Positions 36,975-50,259 of a stretch of 64,000 bases of DNA are shown piece by piece (positions within the stretch are counted from its first letter, which is position 1; the number at the start of each line of letters is the position of its first letter). The notes under the pieces were generated by a model, which was not told where the DNA came from, did no database searches, and worked only from the letters and a program-made list of their open reading frames with translations. Source of the stretch: Felis catus (taxonomy: Eukaryota); contig NC_058368.1 in NCBI RefSeq assembly GCF_018350175.1, forward strand, positions 157,544,001 through 157,608,000. The letters run 5' to 3'. The position numbers and the translations under genes were made by a program.

Positions 36975-37209
36975 GGGGTGCCTGGGTGGCTCAGTCGGTT
37001 AAGCGTCCGACTTGAGCTCAGGTCACGATCTCGCGGTCCGTGAGTTCGAGCCCCACGTCGGGCTCTGGGCTGATGGCTCAGAGCCTGGAGCCTGCTTCTG
37101 ATTCTGTGTCTCCCTCTCTTGCTGCCCCTCCCCCATTCATGCTCTGTCTCTCTCTGTCTCAAAAATAAATAAACGTTAAAAAAAAAAAATTAACAACAAC
37201 AACAACAAA
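36975..37209 (+). mobile_element. Felid SINEC_Fc with (CAA)n tail
   Basis: Near consensus; TSD acata(c/t)aggttt. Confidence 0.92.
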
Positions 37210-37379
37210 ACACATATAGGTTTTAACAGATAGATGTTATTTTTTAATATTTGCCAAAAAAGAAACATGCCATTGTAAACTTACTTTAAAAATAGAAAAT
37301 TTGAGGGTTTTTTTTTTTTTTTGGTTTGCAATGACAGATATCTCTGAAAGTTTACTGTAAAGTATTCAAGTGTTAGTTC

Positions 37380-38965
37380 AGAATAAACTCTTTAAAATTT
37401 ATTTTTAATTTACATATGGTAAAATTTACTTTTTTTTATACATTTGACAAGCAGGGCAGTTCTGTCACCCCCAGAAAACTCCCTCGTGCTGTTCCTTTGT
37501 AGTCAGACTTTTCTTCTTGACTCTTGTGACAACCACTGATGTGTTCTCTATCCCTATGGTTTTGCTTCTCTAGAATGTTGTATGAATGGACTCATACAGA
37601 TGTAGCTGTTTCAGTGTAACTTTTTGCACTTAGCATAATACATTTGAGATTTATCCATGTTGTTGCATGTATCTGTAGTTTGTTCCTTTTTATTTACTGA
37701 TCAGTATTTCATTGTATGCATGTTCCACAGTTTTTAGCCACTAGTTGAAGAACATTTATTTGCATCGTATTCAGTTTTTGGTGATTTGGAATAGAGCCAC
37801 TATAAACATTCACAAATGATTTTTATGTCAACATAAGTCTTACTTCTCTTGGGCAAATACCTAAGAGTGGAATTAACTGCATATAGTAAGTGTATATTTA
37901 CCTTTTAAGAAACTGCCAAACTGTTTTCCAAAGTGGCAGTACTGTTTTGCATTTGAGTTCAGGTTTCTCTGCATACTAACCAGCACTTGGTATTGTTAGT
38001 CTTTTGGTTTTAATTTTAGTCATTCTACAGGGTCCATATTAGTATCACGTCGTGGTTTAACTTGAATTCCCCTAATGACTAATGATGTAGAGCATCTTTT
38101 TATGTGCTTATTTACCATCCTCATATCTTCTTTGCTGAATTGTCTTTTCAAATATTTAGTCCATTTTTAAAATTGGGTTGTTTGTTTTCATATTGTTGAG
38201 GTCTGAAGATTCTTTATATAATCTGGATATAAGTTCTTTGGCAGACAGGTGATTTGCAAATGCTTTGCTCCAGTCTGTGGCATATTTTAAATTCTTTTAA
38301 AGCGTCTTAAGCAGGGGGACCTGGGTGGCTCAGTCAGTTAAGCATCTGACTCTGGATTTCTGCTCAGGTCATGATCTCACAGTTTGTGAGTTCGAGCCCT
38401 GTGTAGGGCTCTGCACTGACAGCGCGAAGCCTGCTTGGGATTCTCTTTCCCTCCCTCTTTGCCCCTTCCCCGCTCATGTATAAGCATTTTCTCTCTCAAA
38501 ATAAATAAATAAACTTAAAAAAAAGTGTCTTATGCAAAGCAAAATGTGTCTTTATAGGGCAATTTTTTTTTTTAATTTTGATGAAGTCCAGTTTATAAGT
38601 TTTTTATGGATAGTGCTTTTGGTGTTATATCTAAGAACTCTGCCTAGCTAAAAGTCACAAAATTTTTTGCATCTATTTTCCCTAATGTGTTATAGTTGTA
38701 CATTTACACTGAAGTCTGTAGCCCATCTTGAGTTAATTTTTGTGTAAGATGTGAGGTATATGTCTAGGTCCTTTTTTTTTGCGTATAGATTTGTACAAAG
38801 TAGATGATCTTTTCTCTATTGAACTGCCTTTGCATCTATGTCAAAATTAATTGATCATAGTATTTATGATATGGTTATATTTCTGGACTCTCTATTCTTT
38901 ATTGATCTATGTGTCTATCCTTTTGCTAAATACCACACAATGTCCTTATCATAGCTTTATAGTAG
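37380..38965 (-). mobile_element. Old L1 (L1MB/L1MC-like) 3' portion, interrupted by a SINE
   Basis: Antisense L1 ORF2-end and 3'UTR motifs (aagaaactgccaaactgttttccaaagtgg; aattttgatgaagtccagttta). Confidence 0.85.
38314..38521 (+). mobile_element. Can-SINE inserted in L1
   Basis: TSD aaag(c/t)gtctta(a/t)gca. Confidence 0.9.
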
Positions 38966-40432
38966 AATTAGCTTTCAACCATCTCTGGCAGAAAGAAACA
39001 AGTTCTCTGCAGCACACTAGTCAAATTCCTTTTCAATTTTCTTCCAAACAAATAGATTATTCCTACTATCTTCATTCAGTTTACATATTCATTATAAATT
39101 CAGCGTGGGCTGTGGTCATACTTCTTATATCCCTTTCCTAGATAGAGAAAAAGCTGTGGACTATGGTATTCAATTATAGCATTCTCTGCATCACCATCAA
39201 ACTGCAAATTTTTAAAAAGAACCATTTTCTATGCTGCTCATCTACAGAAGTTCCCCTGATGGGCTTCCCCTCCTCTTACAAACCCACCACCCAGCCTGAG
39301 CTGCCTGGACACCCTAACCCCCATTGACAGCCAGCTTCCTGTCTGGTGGAGTGGCGGTTGGTAGCAACCAGCTGTCATGATTCATCCCATTTAAGATTTC
39401 TGCCTTTTGAGAAGTGACATTAATAGAGCCAGGCTGAATGATGTCTGATTGAGAGAATTTTATGAAAGAGGTTTGATTTCTGGTGCCTCAGCAATTGAAC
39501 TTTTTATTTTTTAACAGGTACCTTCCAGTTTCCAGAGTATGTATGAGCTCAGTTAGATAGATAAATGTTTTCATCAAGTGTTTGAACCAGCTGTTAGTTC
39601 TTCCTGAAAAACAAACAGGCATGGAAACTTCTGTAAAAAAGTTATTGCATTACCAATTCTTTAATAGTTACATAAGCTTTTAGACTTCTGATATTCTCCA
39701 AAAGGCAAAAAATTCTCTGCCCAAGGTCTTGTTACATTTTGGATTTGGTGAAAGAATTCTCAGGTGCCTAAGGGATAACCTCACATACCATGAGGACATG
39801 GCTTTTCTCTTGGAATTGGCTTCTCTTGAAGCCAATTTCATGCCTTCACATTTTTGGGGGGTCATTTTGTCAGTTCTTAAGAACTTCATCTTAAGATGAA
39901 CTTAAGAATATTATTTAAAAGCAGAATATTTGTTAGGAGGTTGAAGAAACTTGCAACCATAGGGACAAGTTTTTGTGCTAGTTGATCAGTAAATACACTG
40001 AAAAGAACAATAAAAGAAAAATAAATGGCAAAATACTGATAAGGGAAAAGTACACTAGCTTTTATGAGTTACCTAAATTAACATTATCCTCACTTTTGGG
40101 AATATGAGAGAACATGATAATGAAAGAGAAAGACAGTGATTAATTTGGGGAGGTAACAATTCTGGTACCAGTTGTGTGCAGGGAGTGGGAAAGAGAGCCT
40201 GTTACTGCAGCCTTGTACAGGGTGCTCAGATTTCTGTAGCAGTGCTGTATTGCATCTATACTATATGCTGAATCATGCACCTAAATATGAAAAGTCAAAT
40301 TGTGGCTGGAATTTTTCTAGTACTAACAAGTACTGGTTTTCTATAGCCAGTCAAAGTTATGCTAGAAGTAGAACATTTTATAACATTTGGTAGTAACAAG
40401 TGATTTTTAGCTTTGGATCGGTGATACCCTAG

Positions 40433-40575
40433 GGCAGAAGTTACCAAACTTTAGTGTACTAAAGAATCCCCTGGGGAACTTGTTAAAACTTAAGGTCCCT
40501 GGGCTCTAGCCCTCAAAGGTTTGATTTAGTAGGTCTGGGGAGTGGTCAAGAATCTGCATTTTAACAACAACCTCA
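40433..40575. mobile_element. MER5A-like hAT MITE
   Basis: aagaatcccctggggaacttgttaaa...gtaggtctgggg...gaatctgcattttaaca. Confidence 0.7.
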
Positions 40576-42754
40576 CTCCATTTGGTACTCTGAGTCATCT
40601 CTCAAGAAGTTGCAAAATTCCCCTAGGAAAAAGTATTGTCCCTCAACTGAATTTTTAAAATACTATTTCACTTAGCATAGTAGGTGTTGTGAAACTTAAT
40701 GACTGAGTGTCAGAGTTCCAAAGAGGTTAGCACTAACTAGTTTAGATTCCCCAGGTGTGAACTAAGATATAACATGCAATGAACAGTGTACACAGACTTA
40801 AGTTAGATTTCTTTCAATTAGAAATTATTAGTTACACAATTTCCATTTCCAGGTCATCTGTGCCTCCACAGATAGTATTAGATAAGGGAGGTAGACCAGG
40901 AATAGATACCTAGGGAATTTCACAAGGTTCTTTATAATCATTTACTGCCTACTGTGCCCTTAATGATGTTAGTCAGGATCCCATTAAATTAACTGTGAAT
41001 ATACTAATTGGTCCCTTGACGTTAGCTAGGGGGTATCAAATTCTGTGGCTTCACCCCATTCTGGTCATATAGGAGACAATGTAGAAATTGTTGCCTGTGT
41101 AAGGGTTCTTTTCTTTCTGGGGACAAGGCATCTGTGGGCCAAGAGAGATTTCTTAAAACATAGCAGGCATCCCTAGAGAATCTTCCTCTAATTCAGACAG
41201 GCACCTATGACCTACTTTTAAAAGTAATTTGAAAATCCCATCAAACATAAGCAATCAAAATTCAGATTCTCTATCAGTATTCTGTAGACCTAGCATGGCA
41301 TCATTTCCATCTGTCCATACCAATGGCTTAAATATATTTTGGACAGGGCTTTCTTCTGTCTTTGTAGCTAAAACAGAGCATTTCTAGTTTGTGGATTCAA
41401 AGCAAGTATACAAACAAATACAATATGATGTAAATTGTTTTTTTCTGTACATGAGAAGGGAATCAAATTTGCTAACTTGGTATTGCAGTTGCAGAATTAA
41501 AACATCTAAGCCAGAGCTTATTTCTCCTTATTTGAAGCCTGGAGTTTGGGTTTATAAATGTAACTAGCTTATGTGAACCTTTTTTAACTTTTCAAACCAA
41601 AACTGACAAGACAGAGTGTTTCACAGAAGCTTCCAGAGTTGGAAGGTACTTTAAAGAACATCCAGTCCCATCTCTTACCTAATTTTTGAAACTTATGTTG
41701 CTTGTACTTTAACTCTCGCACTAAATTGTTAGCTTCTTAAGGGGAAGTTTCCTACTCATATGCATTTCTAATCACCCTGAGATTGTTCAGCTTCTTGAGG
41801 AGGAAGGCTTCATTTTGCACAGTTGGCCTAAATAAATATTTGTGAATTTGATCAATAAATTGGCAGATGGGTTTTTTTCATTCCCTATTTTCCTATTGCA
41901 CAGGTTTGGCTGCCACATTTGCTCAGTTTAGATCCTTGCCCTGTCTCTTGCCAGGTGTATGACCTTTGACAAGTTACTTAACCTCTCTGTACTTTAGTTT
42001 TCTGTAAAATGGCCTTCGATAAATGATAGCATGTTCCTGATTACTACCAGCAGAACTTGCTGTCTGAATTTTAATCATTTCAGGGTATGTTCTGCCTAGA
42101 AAATATAGTGGGAATACAGAAGTTACCTGAAAGCTGTTGAAAGTATGAAAAATTAAGAGTTACAATTATTTAGTATGTACATACTGGATACACTTTATTA
42201 GGATAAATTCCTCATGATTGTAAGTCAAGTCACAACTGTAATAAGGAGTTTTTAGGCTGCTTCAACTCACCTTCCTACAACATAATATGGAAATCACTGG
42301 TTTAAAAAACAAACAAACTTCATGATTCAGTTAACAAAGTCAAGATATGTAGGCTCATGTAGAGCAGAGGAGCAAATTAATTGGGTGTTTAGAGTCTGAT
42401 ATGTTGTAATGAATTGGGTTATCAGGTGGTGACTTAATTAGGCTATTGAATGAATTAACACCCCTGAAATGTGGGAAATTCGCACTTAGCTTTCTCACTT
42501 CTGTCAGGGGCCTGGTGGCAGTATCCAAAAGATCAAGATACATTTCTGAAAAAAATCCAGGTGGTTCATATTACAGAATAGCAAGTATCAGAGGCATTAG
42601 GGCCCTACCATGTAATGGTGATAATGCCCCTATAATATTCACTATGGACAAACTGGGAAAATACAGAGAAATAGAAAGAAGAAGAAAACTAGAAGAAAAT
42701 TAAAACCACCAGTAATCTCATGCCCTAAGACAACAATTACTGAGAACTTTATAT

Positions 42755-42831
42755 TGAGGAGGGCACCTGTTAGGATGAGCACTGGGTGTTGTATGGAAAC
42801 CAGTTTGACAATAAATTTCATATTAAAAAAA
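42755..42831 (+). mobile_element. Felid L1 extreme 3' stub (~77 bp)
   Basis: Same L1 terminus as 33558-33642; TSD aactttatat. Confidence 0.88.
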
Positions 42832-43674
42832 AACTTTATATACTAGCTCTTCCTAGCCACAATTGTATTTATTTATGAGATTCAAACAGATCATTCTACA
42901 AATAAAATTTTGTATTTATCCCATTAAACAAACTCACTGAGAGCATATTTCCAGAAAAAAATACTCTTTAAATTTTGCTTTATCTTTAGTTATATATGAG
43001 ATATACTCAATAATATTATTAGTTCAAGATAAAAGATTTAAGTAAAAGGAAGATTGATACTGCCCAGAGTAGAGAAAGAAGAAAATGAAGAGTAACGTGT
43101 TTTATTACTGAATATGACTTTTTTATTTATTAATATACTATTTATGGAAATAGTGCTTCAGAGGAAAGTGGTTTAAGTTCACTAGTGACCTTTTAGGGAG
43201 TGGCTCAATAAGTAATAATTCTATGAATGGATTAAGGGAGAGTTTAACATATAGCAACTATAAATATAGTCCTTAAATCCTTAAATCATTTCTCTTTCTC
43301 TCTCCCTAAACTTATTCCAAAGCCCCACTTTTTTTTCCCTATTCTGCCACTTAGGAACTTTAATTTTTAAAAGCATAGAAAGTGTTACAGTTGGTCATAT
43401 CTTTGATTTTAAAATGTAGAAAATATGGAAGCATACCTGGGTAATAGTATAAATACAAAGAATTAGGAGATATGTGCTTACATTCTCGGCATTGGCTTAT
43501 TTCCATGGTGGAAAGTCTCCTTTAAAGAGAGAGACAGGAAAACATGTTGGTGAGGGATTCCTGGAGCCATCTTACAATAAAGGCTGTTTTGGTACCCGTT
43601 AGAGTTCACCACTGGGCCCATGCATCTGCCATGCAGATGCTGGCAGTTCATCTTTTGATTCCCAATGACCTCTG

Positions 43675-44745
43675 CAGTACTGACTACATGATTTTCCAGG
43701 CCTAATGCAAAGTGAAAATATATGGAGTCCCTCCTTCAAAAGACAATAAAATTAAAATATAAAGCTTTTTCCTTTCTTCCACTGTCTTTTTCTCTATCTG
43801 TAATGATGTTTTTATTTGTTATTTAGTGTTTCATGTCCTTAGGCATGGGGACACTCACCCAGCAAATGCAGATTCTCACAGAGTCCCATTCTGTACCTAA
43901 GCATACATACCACCCATTCACTTCTTGGATTCCCCCCCACCAGCCACTGGACTGGCCTATGTCCTGGCAAGAGGTAGGGAAGTCATGCCAAGTATCTCCC
44001 CTTCCCCTAGGCATGCCACCTGTGGGAACCCATGGTGGATGGGGGACCTCTGAAGGTAGTACAATCTCCATGCTGGAACATGCTGGGTACCTGGATCAGC
44101 AGTAGATGAGAGACTTATCTTCCACTTATAAGATGATCACCCCATGGTGCTGTCAGTCTGGGATGTGGATGACTGTCATCAAAACTCCCTGAGTTGTCTC
44201 AGGGAGCAAGAAGGCCCATCTGTTTGTGCCCAGAGGGACTGGAGACCAGCAGCACTACTGGATGAGGACCTGGAGGAGTAGGGTCCTGAAGTGCCAGGGC
44301 AGCTGAGAACCCATCCCTATAAGGTGGGGAAGTATGATGGTTGGTAAGCTGAGGCTCCAAGCTCTCAGTGCATGCTCTTTAGTCTCTTAGGACTTCACTT
44401 AGAAAATTCAAACTCATAGATAAAATTATTATTTAAAAAAAAATTATTTTGAGAGAGAGAGAGAGAGAAAGCCCACAAGTTGGGGAGGGGGAGAGAGAAG
44501 GAGAGACAGAATCCCAAGCAGCCTCCTCACCATCAGTGCAGAGCTTGGCTCAAACTCATGAACTGTGAGATCATGACCTGAGCCAAGATCAAGAGTTTGA
44601 CACTTAACTGACTGTGCCACCCAGGCACCCCTCAAAGATAAAATTATTAAGTATTTCAAGGCAGAGTATTAACCTCATGTTGGAGGAAGGTCTTCTAAGC
44701 TAATACCCTATGTGGCTGAAATGGCTGCATACCAATGAAGCAAAC
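43675..44745 (-). mobile_element. MER45B/C-like hAT-Tip100 DNA transposon, interrupted by a SINE
   Basis: Both ends resemble MER45 termini (ctacatgatttt...gcaaagtgaaaat; aattattaagtatttcaag...atgaagc). Confidence 0.6.
44433..44632 (-). mobile_element. Can-SINE
   Basis: TSD agataaaattatta. Confidence 0.9.
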
Positions 44746-44809
44746 AGACCGTGAGCTTCTGGAATAACCTTTCTGACACTACTTGAATATCACTTTTATT
44801 TCTTATATA

Positions 44810-44960
44810 TCAATGCTTCTAGATTTTAATGTGCATGTGAATAATATGCGAGGTTCTTGTTAAAATGTGGATCCTAATTTAGCAGGTCTGGGGCCTGAGA
44901 TTCTGCATTTCAGACAAGTTCCCAGTGGATGCCATAGCTGGTCTAGGAACCACCTTTCTA
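44810..44960. mobile_element. MER5A-like hAT MITE
   Basis: cttgttaaaatg...gcaggtctggggcctgagattctgcatttc. Confidence 0.7.
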
Positions 44961-44974
44961 CACCTGCCTCCTTT

Positions 44975-45720
44975 AAAAATATTTTATTTGGAAATTATTA
45001 TAGACTTACAAGAAGTTACAAAAATTGTAGACTCCTGTATACTATTCTCTTAACTCCCAATGGTGACATCTTATATGTAACACAAATACAATATGTGATA
45101 TGACTATAATATAATATCAAAACTAGGAAATTGACATTGGTACTGTAAGATAACAAAAACAATATAATTTAGTAACAAGTTTGATGTCTTTTTTCAAAGG
45201 AAAACCATTCATGGATTGAAGGAATACAGTGTCTCACAAACAGTGGAACATTGTTCCTGAGAGATTTGGGGTAAGAGCGAGTTTTATAGAATGTTACAAG
45301 AGGCAAATGGAAGCAGGGCATGGTTGACTAGGATGTTGGGGATTTCCTTGTAAGTCAAACAGCTTCTGTTTTCTAGAGTAAGGTAAGCTAGCTAAAGCAG
45401 AGTCTCTGGAGGATTGTCATTAGTGTATGTCAAGTTTCCTTGACAGGTGTTTCCTGTGAGAGTAGGCTGACTTAGGTGTACATTCGTGACATAGACTGGG
45501 TCACTGGGGTCTCCTCCCTTTTGTTGGTCCTGATATACAAATTTATTTTATCAGTACAGTATTGTTAATTAGACTATCGACCTGGTTCCACTTTTATCAT
45601 TTTTTATTTGCATATATATTTGTGTGTGTCTGTGTGTGTCTGTGTCTGTACAGTTATAGGTAATATCATTCCATGTATAAATTTTTGTAACTACCACTGT
45701 GATCAGGATATGGAACTGAT
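44975..45720 (-). mobile_element. L1MC/L1MD-type 3' end split by an LTR
   Basis: ...caaaactaggaaattgacattggtac | agtattgttaattagacta... rejoins as continuous L1 3'UTR. Confidence 0.7.
45144..45553 (-). mobile_element. Solo LTR, probably ERV1 class (410 bp)
   Basis: TG...CA termini; 4-bp TSD GTAC (45140-45143, 45554-45557); TATAAAA on the minus strand near 45285. Confidence 0.7.
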
Positions 45721-46349
45721 GAAGAAGAATTATTTTGTGGCCTCCCCCCACTTCCCTGAAGATGGCTATAATACATTGGGAATTCTCAATAATTCATACA
45801 ATAACAATGCCTATTCTTTTCTCATAGTGAGAGTTGTCCCCAGAATCCAGCAAACCATGAGGTTGGCAGTTCTAAGTGTGCTGAAGCACTAAGGTGAGGT
45901 GAAGTTTTGGGGGCAAAAATGTTGGTCATTGGAGGGAAGTATAACATTCCTTGTCCTAGTGCCTTGCACTCATCCTGGAGGGTGCCTTGTATAAACAAAG
46001 TCAAATGCAAATTTTGGAGAGTCATTTTACTTAAAAGAGACATAAGGAAAATGGGAACCAGGTATACCCAGGAGATCTCTAGGATTCAGTGTGGGAATTG
46101 GTAAATATTAATTGATAATGACAAAGTAAGATGTTCATCATTATACTGTTCAGTGAACTTGGTAATTGCTTTATCTGTGCATTAGACAGACTTCAAACTT
46201 CACACATCTTTATGATAATAAGCCTACTTCATAATGCCACTGAAAATAAGACTTGTTAACTATCACATGCCTTGTAAATGGAAAAATATATCAGATTTTG
46301 GTAAATATGACTCATAATTATCAACTTCTCTTTTTATTTTGGTGGTATT

Positions 46350-46550
46350 GCCTGGTGGTTAAAGACATTATTCTTATCAACTGTGTGACTTTGGCCAAGT
46401 GACTTAACATTTCTATGGCCCAGTTTTCTTATGTCTAAGTTGGAGATGAGTGTAGGACCTATCACGTAGGGTTGTTGCACAGGTAAAGCACATGCGACAG
46501 TGCCTTGCAGAGTGTAAACACTCAGTATCAATTAATGGTATTATTATTAT
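46350..46550 (+). mobile_element. MIR
   Basis: ctgtgtgactttggccaagtgacttaac core. Confidence 0.7.
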
Positions 46551-46682
46551 TAGGACTAGGTCAGCCTTGAATACCTTCTACTAACAATTGTCTAAGATTT
46601 TGCTTCTTTATATCCAAACCACTGACCTCAACAACTTTTTTATATTGAACGTGTGTAGATTTTTAAGGTTAGAGGTTCTTTT

Positions 46683-46874
46683 ATTTTTGGGACAGAGAGA
46701 GACAGAGCATGAACGGGGGATGGGGCAGAGAGAGAGGGAGACACAGAATCGGAAACAGGCTCCAGGCTCTGAGCCATCAGCCCAGAGCCCGACGCGGGGC
46801 TCGAACTCACAGACCGCGAGATCGTGACCTGGCTGAAGTCGGACGCTTAACCGACTGCGCCACCCAGGCGCCCC
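46683..46874 (-). mobile_element. Young SINEC_Fc lacking a poly(A) tail
   Basis: Perfect 16-bp TSD ggttagaggttctttt; the element ends at ...gtcccaaaaat. Confidence 0.93.
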
Positions 46875-46914
46875 GGTTAGAGGTTCTTTTAAATATAACC
46901 ACTCACTGTACAGA

Positions 46915-47130
46915 CGAAAGTTAAAACTATAGGCTCTGGGTTCAAGTTCCAGCACTTACTAATTGCAGACTAATTGTGGGGCTTAGGCAAGGAACTTCCC
47001 TAAACCGTAGTCTCCTTATCTATAAACAGGGAGAGTGTAACAGTATTTACCCCATAAACTTGTTGTAAAGATTAAATGAAATAATCTATATAAAGTGCTT
47101 GGCATGTAATTAGCAGGTTATTGATATTTG
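46915..47130 (+). mobile_element. MIR
   Basis: gggttcaagttccagc...gttgtaaagattaaatga...taaagtgcttggca. Confidence 0.7.
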
Positions 47131-47369
47131 CTGTTATTTTTTTATTGATATCTGGTTTTCCCAGTAAGTGTACATGGCCCAGAGTTCATTGGGAGAGATG
47201 ATGTTAAACCAAATATAAAAGAGCTTCTCTCCAGCCAAGTGATTGGTCACACCTTGAGGACATAGAAACTGGAGCTCCTAACAGTATAGATACCCATGTG
47301 TTACAGAGACCAAGAACTATTCCCTGATATCTATCCCTTTCTTTTTTTTAATAATTGAACTCTGCCCCT

Positions 47370-47765
47370 TGCCAGATTTAGGAGGTCACATCGCCAGTAG
47401 AGCCAGAAACCACACTTCCCCAGCCTGCATGTTTTTTGCCAGTGGAATGGGTACAGCTTCTGTGCTTCCTGACCAGTTACTCCCTAGTTCCTTGTGTCCC
47501 CCTTTCCTCTGCTGAGAATGTGATAGTGCATGGACAAGGTAGAGGACCAGCCTCCACCATGGAAGCCAGGCCGCACCCTGAGATTGATGGAGCAACAAGA
47601 TTAATTTGATTCTCTGGACAACTTTATGGAGTAGACCTGCCTATGTCACATTGGCCTGCCTGTGTAGTATAGGGCTGTTAAATGAGAAAGAAGTAAATTT
47701 CTATCTTGTTGGCGCTACTGTATATTGGAGTCTCCTGGTTATAGCACTTTAGACTATATCTTAAC
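47370..47765 (+). mobile_element. MaLR LTR (MLT1J-like)
   Basis: tgagaaagaagtaaatttctatcttgtt...gttatagca 3' end. Confidence 0.55.
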
Positions 47766-48229
47766 TCATTTATCATGACCATCTCTAAAGATGTTGAATG
47801 ATGGAAAATAGGCATTTTAATAAGATCCCCCAGTAACTGTGATGCCAGCAATCCAGGGACTAGCCTTTGAAAAACACACACTAATGTGCTCTAAAGATGT
47901 CACCATGTCTCTAAGCAAAATATAAGTTTTGGAAAGGGGTCTAGAATTTAGAAGATAGGAATAGCCCTTGTTAAAATTTTGTACTTGAACTGAAATTTGT
48001 TCAAGAATTCTGAATTAATATTCCACCTCATTTTATATTAGCAGTAGGATTACTTTTTAAGTTAAAAAATAGATTTATTAAGTTGAATACCTAAGTTGTT
48101 CTTTACATATTATTTGTAATGACCAGAAGAGTGAAAATACTTTGGTATTTCAGGCTATTTGTTGATTGTATAGCATGGATACAAGGAAGAGGTAATTCTA
48201 CATATGTTGACTGAGGTACCCAAGATGTA

Positions 48230-48815
48230 TTAAGCTAAAAATAAACAAATAAATATTGCAAAAAAAAAAGCACCAGACATAAAGAATACATGTGGTTTGA
48301 CTCCATTTATTAAAAATCTGAAAATAAGAAACGTTATGCTGCTTACTATTGTGTGCTTAGGCAGTAAAATTAAAAAGAAAAACAAGAATTAAATACTCTG
48401 AAAGCCAGGAGAGTGGAAACCTTTGAGAGGGAGAGTGAAAGAGGGTGGTAATTAGGAGGAGTCTAGAGGAGAGCTTCCAAGGGGCTGGAAGTGTTTTATT
48501 TTTCTTGTAATTAATTAGTTAATTAATTAATTAATTTGAGAGAGCTCAAGTGCTTGCAAGGTGGAGAGAGGGACAGAGGGGGAGAGAGAGAATCTTAAGC
48601 AGGCTCCACGTTCAGCACAGAGCCCAATCCTGGATTCAATCCCATGACTCTGGGATCATGACTTGAGCTAAAATCAAGAGTTGGCCTCTCAGCCGACTGA
48701 GCCATCCAGGCACCCTGGTTTTTACTTTTTAATCTGGGTGGTGGTTGCAAGGGGGTTCACTTTGTTATTTTGCACATTTATCTATGTGTATATTAGATTT
48801 CACAATAAAAACCTT
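48230..48815 (+). mobile_element. L1ME-type 3' end, interrupted by a SINE
   Basis: ggggctggaagtgttttattt...atctgggtggtggttgcaagggggttcacttt. Confidence 0.65.
48505..48716 (-). mobile_element. Can-SINE (older)
   Basis: Head, CT tract, (TAAT)n tail. Confidence 0.85.
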
Positions 48816-48878
48816 TTAAAGCATATTTCATAACTACATTAGGCATATATATATTCTCTATATCTTCATTTACATATG

Positions 48879-48879
<1 letters not shown>

Positions 48880-48909
<30 letters not shown>
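48880..48909. repeat. (GT)n microsatellite
   Basis: About 15 units. Confidence 0.95.
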
Positions 48910-48910
<1 letters not shown>

Positions 48911-49467
48911 ACGTATTCCTGTGTACTCATAGAAATTTCACAAAGGATACACGTACACACAAAAGAAAGAGCTATGGGTAATTGTTATTACCTTTGGGTA
49001 GTGGGAATGTGGGGTAGGGAACATTTTACTTTGCATTTTGCAATTTGCATTTTATTTACTTATATTTTCTTCATAATCATTTGTTACTTTAAAAAAAAAT
49101 AATCCCTCAAATACTGTATGTGAACATAGATCATTTTATTTTACATGCCACTGTATTATTGGAATTTTGTTTATAATCATGTTACTTTAAAAATTCTTTC
49201 TCCAAATTTGCATATGTATACATATGTGTACATTGCATACACAGAGTAATACATGCTTGGAGAATTACAGCATGATACTTGTAAAACTCTTCACAGTGGT
49301 TACCTCTGAGGAGTACACCTGGGGATAATTAAGAGAAGGGAGACCTTTCACCTTTTACTTTATATAATTCTGGTTCATTTGAACATTTTCTTTTACAGTG
49401 AGTATGTGCTACTTTTAAATTCATAGTACACATAATAAAAAAAGTAAAATCTTAAAAAGAAAAAAAT

Positions 49468-49600
49468 GGGGGCGGGGGACACCTGGCTGGTACGGTTGGT
49501 AGAGCATGGGACTCTTGATCTCAGGGTCATGAGTTCAAGCCCCACATTGGGGGTAGAGATTACATAAAAAATTAAACTAAAAAAATAAAATAAAATCTTA
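49468..49600 (+). mobile_element. Short older Can-SINE
   Basis: cacctggctgg...gagttcaagccccacattgggggtagagattac + A-rich tail. Confidence 0.8.
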
Positions 49601-50127
49601 AATTTATAGCACACACCAAAGGTGATATATAGCATATTCCAGCATATTTTGTTTTTTAGGCATGGAGGGATAGAAAAAGGTCTACTTAAAAATGTGTCCA
49701 ATTTGGGAAGAAGTCTCATCTTCAGGAAAAGATATCCTAGAATACAAACCTACATCCCTGCCCATCACACATATGCTAGAGCCTCTGATAATGGGCTAAT
49801 TTGATGGAATCTTTGAAATTAAATCACAAAGACAGGATTCCTTAAAGGCAAACATGGCTCCTGGCCTGTGGAAAGTATTAGTTATTTGTAGAATTTTTTG
49901 GAGAACAATATCATTTAAACAATATTTCATCCACTAAGGTTTTACTACTTACTGATGCTTTTTTTTTTTTTTTTTTTTTTTTTATAACATGTTAGGTGTT
50001 TTTTAGTGAGAGGATTAAGAGGTGCAGAACATGATTGATGAGATGCAACTGGGTGATTTCTGGAAAAAAACTATTAGTGTTTTAGGCCAGTTAGTATTTT
50101 AGTCAGCTTTTTAAAAGCATAGGATAC

Positions 50128-50259
50128 AGGAGTGCCTGAGTGGCTCAGTCGGTTAAGTGTCTGATTCTTGACCTTATCTCCAGGTCTTGATCTTAGGATC
50201 TTGAGTTCAGGGCCTGCATTGGGCTCTGCGCTGGGTATGGAGCCTACTTAAAAAAAAAA
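50128..50259 (+). mobile_element. Short Can-SINE
   Basis: Ends gagcctactt + A tail; TSD aaaagcatag. Confidence 0.85.
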
